Of a stretch of 64,000 nucleotides of DNA, positions 20,909-30,209 are shown piece by piece. The position numbers and the translations under genes were made by a program. This stretch comes from an uncultured Methanoregulaceae archaeon. GTDB lineage: Archaea > Halobacteriota > Methanomicrobia > Methanomicrobiales > Methanospirillaceae. The stretch covers positions 352,001 through 416,000 of the forward strand of contig OY969564.1 of assembly GCA_963701095.1 (NCBI GenBank). Reading direction: 5' to 3'. The notes beneath the pieces were generated by a model. That model was not told the DNA's origin. It worked only from the letters and a program-made list of their open reading frames with translations, and ran no database searches. How positions within the stretch are numbered: position 1 is the first letter of the stretch; every line of letters begins with the position of its first letter.

Positions 20909-21163
20909 ATGACTGACACCCCGAAAGTAAAGGCAAGCAAAGCTGTAGATGACGCACGCGTAGCTTCACATGCTACGAATGATGATGCGAAACTCTCGTC
21001 ACATAATACCCTCAAGGATGCGAAGACCTCTGCATATTCCACACGCAATGACGCAGTAAAAGCACAGAATATATCAGATAAATTCAACATCCATGCTCAC
21101 CAGGTCGATTCCCGGGCGAAAATTGCGGCACACGAGTCTCAATCAGAATCGATGATGAAGTAA
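20909..21163 (+). CDS. Small hydrophilic protein with 11-mer repeats (LEA group 3-like)
   Basis: ASHATNDDAKL/SSHNTLKDAKT/SAYSTRNDAVK/AQNISDKFNIH/AHQVDSRAKIA/AHESQSESMMK; rich in A, S, K, D and H, no Cys or Trp. Confidence 0.65.
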   Translation: MTDTPKVKASKAVDDARVASHATNDDAKLSSHNTLKDAKTSAYSTRNDAVKAQNISDKFNIHAHQVDSRAKIAAHESQSESMMK

Positions 21164-21481
21164 TGGTGAAATAAATTGATCTCTGAAGTAATTGTTTAGA
21201 TAAGTTGGATAAAAGTGAGGTATTTTTCAATAGGAAAAACCAGAGATCTTCAACCAACTTATCAGAACTGTCATTCTCAAAATTTCTTCCTGCCGTTTTT
21301 ATTGAAATCCATTCTTCCTAGGGGCACATCCATGGCGTTGTATGCGCTTAACGGAACTTCAAGAACGTAATGTCGTCCTACTGCACCAGTCCTGCGGGTA
21401 ACGAGTTTCCGAGATGTACGAAAACCTATCTGCAGAAAGGATCGAACAGATCGTTTTTCAGAAAACAATAATTGTAACGTT

Positions 21482-21531
21482 TTTTGCAATAACAGCACAG
21501 CCTTAACCGCCAGGCAGCTCAATGGTGGCTT
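21482..21531 (+). promoter_or_regulatory. Shared upstream motif, copy B
   Basis: ttttgcaa taacagcacagcc ttaacc ...caatggtggcttgttctgatag, a near-duplicate of copy A and its leader. Confidence 0.7.
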
Positions 21532-21547
21532 GTTCTGATAGAGAAAA

Positions 21548-22102
21548 ATGATTTCGGGACAAGGAGTTGAAAACATTATAACTGACACGAAACAAGATGC
21601 GGCCAAATCCGCAAAAGCCAAAAGAACTGCTGACAAAGCTACGCTTAAAATGCATGATGACGTAACCACATCGCTCGAGCAGCTGGAACATCCCGGAGTA
21701 ACAGCCAAGAAAGTACCAGAAGAGCCAAAAACCGGTGCCCATAAACACATGACCGGTGAAGAAAAGATTGCCACTTTCAATCAGCACAAGCATGCCGGAG
21801 GTGAAAATCATAAGGGCTCCCCAGCTACAAGTGCCCACAAAGATGTTCCCGGCCATTCAAAGACTGAGATCCAGAAACTAATGTATTCACATATTTCTAA
21901 GGCACTTGCGAAAGCGAAGTTCCCCATCTCCACCCGTGCAGAGTTCATATCTGCTTTTCCACACGGTGCAGAAACAACCTGTCATGTGGGTAACTGCACA
22001 ATGACCGCCGGAGATGCGGAAAAACTTATAAGACCCACAGACTTCCCGTTCAGGAATGTGAAGTCAGTTGCTGATGTTATCATTGCGCGGACTGAATCAT
22101 AA
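21548..22102 (+). CDS. MTH865-family domain protein with a Lys/His-rich hydrophilic N-terminal extension
   Basis: C-terminal ALAKAKFPISTRAEFISAFPHGAETTC...MTAGDAEKLIRPTDFPF..VADVI matches the MTH865 family pattern. Confidence 0.75.
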   Translation: MISGQGVENIITDTKQDAAKSAKAKRTADKATLKMHDDVTTSLEQLEHPGVTAKKVPEEPKTGAHKHMTGEEKIATFNQHKHAGGENHKGSPATSAHKDVPGHSKTEIQKLMYSHISKALAKAKFPISTRAEFISAFPHGAETTCHVGNCTMTAGDAEKLIRPTDFPFRNVKSVADVIIARTES

Positions 22103-22287
22103 CCTCGATTTTTTCGGTTCTAAAATAACCGAGACTGATGACCATAAGTTCGGCAAGTGATCGTTTCCTGAGGTGCGCGCAAATGGCACCAAGTAGAGGA
22201 ACGGTAATAATCCCTCCAGATTATTATATCATAGGAATTCAATTTATTCTCGTTTTTTTAAGATTCTGCAATAAGACGGGAATCAGA

Positions 22288-22314
22288 TTTTGCAACTTTA
22301 GTGCAAGATTATCC
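22288..22314 (+). promoter_or_regulatory. Shared upstream motif, copy E (orphan, faces the 3' end of the TMEM175 gene)
   Basis: aatcagattttgcaa ctttagtgcaaga ttatcc; upstream gattattatatcatag is also shared with the region at about 26756. Confidence 0.55.
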
Positions 22315-22343
22315 AGTAAACCGGAATTCACTGTTTGCTGTAG

Positions 22344-22985
22344 TCAGGCAAAACGTCCGATTATATAAATTACGATGGGGATCATCAGGTATAGTGATAA
22401 ACTCCAGATGCTCCCCTCCAGTGCGAAAATGATGCACGCAATGGAGATCCCGGGGACGACAAGGTTTTGTAAACTGACTTTTCTGATGTATTCTGGTCTC
22501 AGCGTTGACTCTATAAGCCGGTAGTCGTGCGATGCGTACCACCAGAGGAAGCATATACAGACACCGATAGCAAAGAGATTTGCTTCAAATACCATTGGAC
22601 CGATCGGGATTGTGGAAAAATCGCCAGAATATGATGTTGAAAAAGGAAGGAGCGCAACAAACATGAGCATAACGAGATTAATCCAGGTGAATATTGTATC
22701 ATGAGCCCGTATTGAATAGAACAGTGTGCGTTGGCTGAGCCAGAATACCCCGAGAATAAGAAACGCGAGAACATAATTCAAGAAAGCAGAACCAAGGGAG
22801 ACGAGAACATGAAGTGCATAATAATCTGATGGTATTAGTGATGTTTTTTCCGGCAGGCCCAGTCCAATGACAAGAAGCGTCATCGCGAACGCGAAGATAC
22901 CGTCAGAAAGTGCTTCCAGTCTGCCTTTGAGGAGATGTGATACGTTCTCGGTATTTTCTTCTGTCATAATTTTCCTCGTCTCCAT
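22344..22985 (-). CDS. TMEM175-family (DUF1211) potassium channel
   Basis: RLEALSDGIFAFAMTLLV signature, LLPFST, about six TM helices. Confidence 0.9.
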   Translation of the reverse strand: METRKIMTEENTENVSHLLKGRLEALSDGIFAFAMTLLVIGLGLPEKTSLIPSDYYALHVLVSLGSAFLNYVLAFLILGVFWLSQRTLFYSIRAHDTIFTWINLVMLMFVALLPFSTSYSGDFSTIPIGPMVFEANLFAIGVCICFLWWYASHDYRLIESTLRPEYIRKVSLQNLVVPGISIACIIFALEGSIWSLSLYLMIPIVIYIIGRFA

Positions 22986-23243
22986 ACTGCGAAGTGATCG
23001 GATTTATGTTCTTGGGATTTTTGCAAAGAAAATAATTGGATCGTGCAAAAAAATTTATCTGAGGTTCTTTTGTCTGGCTAATATTTTATAAAAAAATTGG
23101 ATTGGATAAGATACTGATTTTTGCCGCATGATTGCACCCATATTGCAGCAGATGCAAAAAGATTGAATATCATGAAGGATCATTTCTGTTTTCTCGCTTG
23201 ATCGCCCGGGTGCTTATATTCGTTCCATGATAAAGGACCGGTT

Positions 23244-24314
23244 CTATGAACTAGAGGGAACAGACCTCCACACATCATTCAGATATCCGTTGCTGTAACC
23301 GCCCATCAACACTATGCTGTTATCCGGCATTGCCACAATGCTCTGACCTTCTCTTCCCGACCAACCGGCGTGGGCGATTATCTCAGCCCAGGTGGCGCCG
23401 TTATCTGTAGAGCGCAATACATTATCCGGATGTCTGCCTCCGGTATCCTCGCCTCCCACAAGCACTATGCTTCCGTCTTGCATCGCCACGCTGCTTTGGT
23501 ATGATCGTGGCGGCCAACCGGCATGAGCGGTCATTTCAGTCCATGTGGCGCCGTTATCCGTTGACCGCCATACGTCATTGTAATGGGAAATGTTATTGTT
23601 CGCATCCCCAACACCACCCATGAGCACTATGCTACCGTCAGACATTGCTACACTGCTTTGGTATGATCGTGGCGGCCAACCGGCATGAGCGGTCATTTCA
23701 GTCCATGTGGCGCCGTTATCCGTTGACCTCCACACGTCATTGTACGTGGTAATAACATTGTTTGTATTCCCTACACCACCCATGAGCACTATGCTGCCAT
23801 CCGGCATTGCTACACTGCTTTGGTATGATCGTGGCGGCCAACCGGCATGAGCGGTCATTTCAGTCCACGTAGAGCCGTTATCTGCTGACCTCCATACGTC
23901 ACTTTTATCTCCGTTAAAATCGTTACCACCCATCAGCACTATGCTGTTATCCGGCGTTGCCACAATGCTCAGACCGTTTCTTCCTGACCACCCGGCATCT
24001 GCAGTCATTTCAGTCCATGTAGCGCCGTTATCTGTAGACCTCCATACATCATTGTAACTGGGAACTGTATCGCTTGAACCCCCCATGAGCACAATACTGC
24101 CGTCCCGCATCGCCGCGCTACTCTGGAAAAATCGTGGCGACCACCCGGCGTGTGTGGTCATCTCAGTCCAGTGCGTTGTATTGAATGGATGGGTTCTGTT
24201 AGATCCAGTGGGTCCATGAGAGGTAAGGTTCGTTGATCCTGTGGTTGTGCACCCGGCAACAATTATCGTTCCCATGTAAATGATCATAAGAATGAAGATT
24301 GTTTTTTTCAGCAT
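23244..24314 (-). CDS. Lipoprotein with Kelch/Asp-box (BNR) beta-propeller repeats
   Basis: Lipobox IVAGC; six repeats of WTEMTAHAGW..R...S.VAMPDGSIVLMGG...NDVWRSTDNGATW. Confidence 0.85.
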   Translation of the reverse strand: MLKKTIFILMIIYMGTIIVAGCTTTGSTNLTSHGPTGSNRTHPFNTTHWTEMTTHAGWSPRFFQSSAAMRDGSIVLMGGSSDTVPSYNDVWRSTDNGATWTEMTADAGWSGRNGLSIVATPDNSIVLMGGNDFNGDKSDVWRSADNGSTWTEMTAHAGWPPRSYQSSVAMPDGSIVLMGGVGNTNNVITTYNDVWRSTDNGATWTEMTAHAGWPPRSYQSSVAMSDGSIVLMGGVGDANNNISHYNDVWRSTDNGATWTEMTAHAGWPPRSYQSSVAMQDGSIVLVGGEDTGGRHPDNVLRSTDNGATWAEIIAHAGWSGREGQSIVAMPDNSIVLMGGYSNGYLNDVWRSVPSSS

Positions 24315-24720
24315 ATCTCCCTCATACTATCCTGATATGATAATGATTGTCGTTGGAATCAAATTGATCTACTGAACCATCCTTGGAATTGTCCATTAAA
24401 ATTTTTATCCGGCTTTATCAAAACGACGAGTAAAGTAACCGTGAGTTGAGTGTGTTTCAGCCAATAATCCAACGCTACCATGTGTTCCGGGCAGGAGGAG
24501 CGAGCCCCAGTTTCTGTCCGTTAGACCGCCACCAGATATAAAGAAAACTGATATATGGATCTCTTTTATCCGCCAGCGTCGTCATGGTTCCATAAAAGGA
24601 AAATCAACAACAGTCCTGTTCCTTCTCTGTTTTCAATAAACACATTTCCAATAATGTATCCCTCAACGCGTTTTTGTTATGATATCGGTTGTTTCCTTAC
24701 AGCCAAATTCTTTGTATTAG

Positions 24721-25995
24721 TTATTCCGTCTTATACCTGAGGATTGCTCCAATTCCCCCATACAACGACAGGAATGTTAGCCCCTCTTCAGTAGCATCAG
24801 AAATAATAACCGTCTTCGCATGGGTTTGATCGGCCATGTGTGTCAGTTCTTCTGTTATGTCCATCTGTTCGTTTTCCAGAACAGGATCTGTGCAGACACG
24901 GCACGTATGTACAAGGATATCCTTTATTCCGGATCCCGGTTCCAGATTAAACGTCCGCTCTTCCCCATGCCCGCATTCCTGGCATGTGACGCGAAACCGG
25001 TTTTTGCGAAGGGATGCTGACAGAAGAAGTGTTCCTACGGCTCCGTCTGCAAGGTTTTTACGAACACTTTCTTCACCTTGCACTGCAACCCCGCCTCTGT
25101 TTTCGAGATCTTCGAAAAACCTCTTTATGAGAACCTTTTGGTTTTCGGTGTCTGTTCCTTTGATGATTTCCTGTGCTTTATTCGCAAGCTCCCACAACCC
25201 CGCCTTGTCCGTACGTGCTACTTCGACAAGGCCAATAACTCTTTGCCGGACTTCATGATTGAGGTAATCACCTTCGAGGAAATTTTCCCGTGTTGGTGTC
25301 TGTCCCCCAATCATGACTCCCCGAAATCGTTTGAAATAATCTCTCTCAGAAAGGAAAACCGTGCTTGCGTGTTCACCAACCCGGGCAAAAAACTCATTGA
25401 TTGCAATCTGCCGTCCACGCTGAAACCGGGGTGCAGACTGCCCCCCTTTTTTCTGTTTACTTGAAACATTTGCAGTGGCACTCCCTTTAAATTCAATATG
25501 ATCGCCACGAAGAAAGCCCCAATATGCTTCACGCACATCGATTGTAATCAAACCGTAAACATTCATCATCCCCAGCATCTGTTTGAGAGGTTCTACATCG
25601 TACATCGATGCACAACGGTAGAGATATATGTTGAGCGATTCAGGCGGTTCAATAACGGTGCAGGGAAGATCAGTTCCGTTTATGTCAGTCAGGTTTTTTC
25701 CGCAGAACAGTGCGACGCCGTGCGGCGGAATGTGTTCGTAATTTTTCAAACGCGAAAGAATCGAAGAAATTGTCTTTTGCACATGGGTACGCGTCTCTTT
25801 ATCACTGATAAGTTCCGTTTTTGTATATTCATCTTTCAGGTATTCTGTCACTTCAGAGAGATTTTTGTCCGGAGGGATATACAAGGTGATGAGTTCATGC
25901 CCATCCGCTTCTTCTGATTCGAGTTTTTTAAGTGTTGCCTCAAATTCGTAAATTTTTTGGGATTCCTCAACCTCTCCGGGTTCCGGCTTTTTCAT
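24721..25995 (-). CDS. prf1: Divergent archaeal peptide chain release factor 1 (aRF1) paralog
   Basis: ELITLYIPPDK, YLYRC, KGGQSAPRF, zinc knuckle CQEC...CRVC and YGGIGAILRY; NIKS position reads LISD; AGGAGG RBS. Confidence 0.88.
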   Translation of the reverse strand: MKKPEPGEVEESQKIYEFEATLKKLESEEADGHELITLYIPPDKNLSEVTEYLKDEYTKTELISDKETRTHVQKTISSILSRLKNYEHIPPHGVALFCGKNLTDINGTDLPCTVIEPPESLNIYLYRCASMYDVEPLKQMLGMMNVYGLITIDVREAYWGFLRGDHIEFKGSATANVSSKQKKGGQSAPRFQRGRQIAINEFFARVGEHASTVFLSERDYFKRFRGVMIGGQTPTRENFLEGDYLNHEVRQRVIGLVEVARTDKAGLWELANKAQEIIKGTDTENQKVLIKRFFEDLENRGGVAVQGEESVRKNLADGAVGTLLLSASLRKNRFRVTCQECGHGEERTFNLEPGSGIKDILVHTCRVCTDPVLENEQMDITEELTHMADQTHAKTVIISDATEEGLTFLSLYGGIGAILRYKTE

Positions 25996-26027
25996 TTTCC
26001 TGTCCTCCTGAAATTTTAAATCGGTTT

Positions 26028-26290
26028 ATTTCACCTTCAATGTAAATTTGAAAATGTGTGCTCCGATTTTTGTACGGGAATCAGCCTGGCGAGTTCGATA
26101 GTGAATTTACCTGATTTTTCCTGTGATTTGATTTCATCATTGCATGTAGGTCTGTAGCGACCTTTGCCTCCCAGCGGGTTGATGGGGATGAACACGGGGC
26201 CCCCTCACTCACGTTATGGGATGCCATGCGAGAGTTATTGACGAAATTGCAGCCTTTTTGGGATTGCCCGATCTGATTTCCGACTCTTTT
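26028..26290 (-). pseudogene. Decayed paralog of the LEA-like 20909 ORF, upstream of aRF1
   Basis: Minus strand caggctgattcccgtacaaaaatcggagcacac vs caggtcgattcccgggcgaaaattgcggcacac in the 20909 gene; downstream ggtgaaataaa shared; frameshifted, no start codon. Confidence 0.65.
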
Positions 26291-26320
26291 ATACGGCTAT
26301 TTTTAATTCTTTATAGGCGT

Positions 26321-26370
26321 AAGCCACCATGGTGTGAAGAAGTGGATAAGCCTGTCCTGTTGTTACAAAA
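26321..26370 (-). promoter_or_regulatory. Shared upstream motif, copy C (faces the pseudogene and aRF1)
   Basis: ttttgtaacaacaggacaggcttatccacttcttcacaccatggtggctt is 38/50 identical to copy A, ungapped. Confidence 0.7.
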
Positions 26371-26826
26371 TTTGCAGTAAAAATAATCAGGTTCTGCACA
26401 AATCCCCTCTCAAGAAGTGCATAGAAAGCGAAAAAGGATGGTGTTCGGTGTCTTTTATCAATGCGATTGGTTGATCCGATATAATGTCTGTGAACATAGA
26501 GCCTATTGATAATGTATCGCAGCGTTCTGGTGTTTAATCTGTGACTGTTATATCTACCAGGTCGAATTCATTCCATTCGCCTTTGATCGTTAAATATCTC
26601 GTTCCGGGTTCACGTACGGCAAAAAGAATAAAAAAATGAAACGGTTACCATAAACGTCAGTCCGTTAATAAAAAATTTCCAAAAGAAGAAGTCTCTAAAG
26701 AAAGGACAAACAGACTTAACTCAGAACCAATCTGGAACCTATGATAAATTCTTTGGATTATTATATCATAGAACTTTTTTTTCTGATTTTATTAGTGAGA
26801 TCTCCTGTAAGAGTGCACGAATCAGA

Positions 26827-26877
26827 TTTTGCAACAACGGGACATACTTATCCGTTTACCCGCTGGAATGGCTGGCG
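26827..26877 (+). promoter_or_regulatory. Shared upstream motif, copy D (upstream of the DedA gene)
   Basis: ttttgcaa caacgggacatac ttatcc ...aatggctggc. Confidence 0.65.
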
Positions 26878-26898
26878 GGAATTAAAGATTGATTTGCC

Positions 26899-27564
26899 AT
26901 GTTTCCCCTCATAGCATTCCTGTTTCCGCTTACCAGCCTTTCTATCTCAAATCTGATTCTTCAGTATGGGATATGGGTATACGTCTTAACCTTTGTCATT
27001 ATCTTACTCTCATCTACTGTCGTTGGTGGGACGATTCCTGACAATACGTTCCTGATCCTGGCCGGAGCAGTTACTAATGGGACCAGTTTGTCTATGACAT
27101 GGTTGTTTGTCGCAGCGGTCGGAGGTGGGTTTGTGGGTTACGAGATCAACTACTGGAGTGGGGAGAGATTCGGGTTACCGATTAGCCGAAAAATATTCCC
27201 GGCGGTGCTTCACGACAAAAATGTAAAGAAGGCTCTTGATATGATGAATCGGTTCGGCATCTCTGCCCTTATCTTCAGCCGGTTCATGCCGGATCTGAAC
27301 CTGCCTTCATTCCTCGATGGAGTGAACGCGATGGATTATCGCAGATATGTAGTATTTAATCTCGCAAGTGCTGTCGTATGGTGCGGGATTCTTTTGATGC
27401 TGGGATATTATATCGGGAGTCTCCCTATAATCAACGCGTACCTGGATTATGTCACGGATCTCTTCATTGTTATGCTGGTAGCAGGGATAATCTTTATAAT
27501 CGTTATAGCCGCCCGAAATTACATGAAACGAAAAAGCAGCGGCTCACCGCAATTAAAGGAATGA
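26899..27564 (+). CDS. DedA/VTT-family membrane protein
   Basis: IPDNTFLILAG, GYEINYWSG, IFSRFMP, MDYRRYVVFNLASAVVW. Confidence 0.88.
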   Translation: MFPLIAFLFPLTSLSISNLILQYGIWVYVLTFVIILLSSTVVGGTIPDNTFLILAGAVTNGTSLSMTWLFVAAVGGGFVGYEINYWSGERFGLPISRKIFPAVLHDKNVKKALDMMNRFGISALIFSRFMPDLNLPSFLDGVNAMDYRRYVVFNLASAVVWCGILLMLGYYIGSLPIINAYLDYVTDLFIVMLVAGIIFIIVIAARNYMKRKSSGSPQLKE

Positions 27565-27830
27565 CATAAAACTCCCCATTTCGAAGAATATCCGCTCCCT
27601 AAAACTCTGGGAAAATCTGACACGGATTTTCGGGTAAAATAGTGCTTTTCAATCTCGATTTTATGCGTTTGACCCGTTTGCTAGAAATCGGCTCACAAGA
27701 ACTCGATAGCTTGGCTTGCAGTCGGTAGTTAACCATTAACTCACCTTTAATCCACCGTCACTACCACTTTTAAGAGAGAAATAAATGCCCCGGTCCTCCC
27801 GGGATTAGGGGTTCTTAACTTGAAAAAAGA

Positions 27831-29705
27831 TTAATTCCGGTTCTTCCGGGCCAGAACTATCAGGCCGCATAATGCAAACGCTCCAATGACCGGAACTGCA
27901 TCAAGTCCTGATTGTGTACTGACGGGCATTGTCTGCGTAGTCATCACAGGTGTTATTGTGGATTGAGCGAATACTGTAATCGATTGTGTAAAAGCATTGT
28001 TGCTGCTACCACCATTATTATTCGTCGTTAACGACACTGTATAGGTGCCAGCTCCCTGGTAAGTATGCGAGGGGTTTTGTATCGAGCTTGAACTGCCATC
28101 ACCAAAGTTCCAATTCCATGATGTAGGTGAATTGGTTGACGTGTCGGTAAACTGGACCGTAAGCGGAGCCGGACCGGAAGAGGGTGAAGCAAGGAAGCTC
28201 GTAGTCGGGGCTGTCGAGATTACGGCAGCATAGGTAAATTGGCTGCTGGATGAACTCGTTGTTGTACCATAGGGCGTGGTGACTGCAACACTTACGGTTC
28301 CAGCTGCTTCATCCGGGCTTATTGCGGTAATCTCTGAATCGCTTATGAACGTAACCGAAGTTGCCTGGGTGCTGCCAAACATGACATAATTCACGTCACT
28401 TGCACCAGCACCGTTTGAAAAGCCGCTTCCATAGATAGCTACCGATGTGCCACCATTTAGCGGGCCGGAAGTAGGTGAGATGGTATAGAGTGTCGGGGCT
28501 GAGCTTACGGTGGAATAGGTAAATTGACTCCCGGAGGAACTCGCTGATATTCCAACGGGCGTGTTAACAGCGATATTAACCGTTCCATATCCACCGGGGC
28601 TGATCGCTATAATCTCCGAATCGCTGATGAACCTAAATGAGGTAGCCTGGGTACCACCGAACATGACATAATTCACGTTACTTGCACCGGCACCGTTGGA
28701 AAAACCGCTTCCATAGATAGTCACCGAGGTACCACCATTTATCGGGCCGTTGCTCGGTGAAATACTGGATACTGACAGGCTTGAGGCTCCGCCGGTATAG
28801 GTAAATTGATCGCTGGATGAAATCGATGAAGTGCCCGCAGGTGTGGTGACGATGACGTTCACGGTTCCTGCCGACGCAGCCGGACTGGTGGCGGTGATCT
28901 CGCTATCGCTGATAAACGTATTTGAGGTCGCCTGGATGCTGCCGAACTTGATATAATTCACATTGCTTGCCCCAGCACCATTCGAAAAACCACTTCCATA
29001 AATAGTCACCGTCGTACCACCGGACGAAGGTCCAATGATCGGTGAAAGGCCGGTAACCGTCGGGATCGAAGCTGATGCGACATAGGTGAATTGGCTATTG
29101 GATGAACTAGCTGATGTCCCTGCAGGTGTAGTAACACCGATATTCACCGTTCCTGCTGATGCAGCCGGGCTGGTGGCGGTGATCTCGCTATCGCTGATAA
29201 ACGTATTCGAGGTTGCTTGGATGCTACCGAACATGACGTAATTCACGTTGCTTGCACCGGCACCGTTGGAAAATCCACTTCCATGGATAGTCACTGTCGT
29301 GCCACCGGTCGAAGGCCCTGAGCTCGGTGAGATAGAAGTTACTACCGGGGTTGCTTCAGTTACTGGACCTACGGCTCCACTTGTAGCTGCACCGGTATAG
29401 CTGCCTGTACCAGTAACTACAACTTCAATAAACTTCGAAGCATCCCCAGCAACCACAGTATAAGAGGTTGTTGTTGCACCCGCAATGGAGGTGTATGTCC
29501 CTCCAGATGTGGGAGATTCCTTCCATTGATAACTTGCAGTTGCACCTGATGGTACCAATGATCCCGCTACCAGCACACTACCGACTTGCGGTGAACCGGA
29601 AATCGGACCGATTCCTGAAATCGCTGTTGCTGCAGATACCGGTAAAACGACAATGCCGAAAAGTACAATCATCACACAACAAAAGAAGACAGTTTTAAAG
29701 TTCAT
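27831..29705 (-). CDS. Cell-surface glycoprotein: four IPT/TIG domains, a PKD domain and a C-terminal membrane anchor
   Basis: Signal peptide; 4x SP.SGP..GGT.VTI.GSGF; PKD motif VQFTDTS...WNWNFGDG...NPSHTY; C-terminal TM plus RKNRN. Confidence 0.88.
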   Translation of the reverse strand: MNFKTVFFCCVMIVLFGIVVLPVSAATAISGIGPISGSPQVGSVLVAGSLVPSGATASYQWKESPTSGGTYTSIAGATTTSYTVVAGDASKFIEVVVTGTGSYTGAATSGAVGPVTEATPVVTSISPSSGPSTGGTTVTIHGSGFSNGAGASNVNYVMFGSIQATSNTFISDSEITATSPAASAGTVNIGVTTPAGTSASSSNSQFTYVASASIPTVTGLSPIIGPSSGGTTVTIYGSGFSNGAGASNVNYIKFGSIQATSNTFISDSEITATSPAASAGTVNVIVTTPAGTSSISSSDQFTYTGGASSLSVSSISPSNGPINGGTSVTIYGSGFSNGAGASNVNYVMFGGTQATSFRFISDSEIIAISPGGYGTVNIAVNTPVGISASSSGSQFTYSTVSSAPTLYTISPTSGPLNGGTSVAIYGSGFSNGAGASDVNYVMFGSTQATSVTFISDSEITAISPDEAAGTVSVAVTTPYGTTTSSSSSQFTYAAVISTAPTTSFLASPSSGPAPLTVQFTDTSTNSPTSWNWNFGDGSSSSIQNPSHTYQGAGTYTVSLTTNNNGGSSNNAFTQSITVFAQSTITPVMTTQTMPVSTQSGLDAVPVIGAFALCGLIVLARKNRN

Positions 29706-30209
29706 TCCTATTACCTCCTGAGATAATTTACCCTTCAATATCCCGGAGGATTATTAATTGTATGGTTATTTTACAAATTATAGAATTGAGGACTTGGTGA
29801 TTTTACATTGAGGAGTTTCTCTTTCATTAAACCTTAGATTCAATAGAAATCAAGATTCCTGATAGATATTATGTTCAACGTACTGGTCATGAATATGAAA
29901 ATATATTTTTGACACACAAAAAACGCGAACAAATGCTGTCATTTCGCAAAAATCGAAAAGAACCGGGCATGTCTTGTCCCATGCCCGGAGTTACGTGGTT
30001 GTACTGCGTGCTCATGGTGACCGCCCTTCTTGCGGTCGGATTCTTATAATTTTGAGAGGTTAAAAATTAATGGATATCTTCTATTTTTTGCAATAATTTT
30101 CAGTTATCTGGTTCTACTACGGATTCAGAATGCTAAATTAGTGTATGTTGACGAAGCACACCAATTTTATTTTTCGTTATATTCTGGAACCGATGTACCG
30201 GAAAAGAAA

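Noticed and set aside
27831..29705. Diversity-generating retroelement template/variable repeats in the IPT/TIG or Kelch genes
   Set aside because: The repeats are in-frame domain duplications with mostly synonymous, non-adenine-specific differences, and there is no reverse transcriptase in the window.
29963..29988. Perfect 9-bp hairpin ccgggcatg/catgcccgg as a MITE or ncRNA
   Set aside because: Single copy with no TSD or related sequence in the window; insufficient support.
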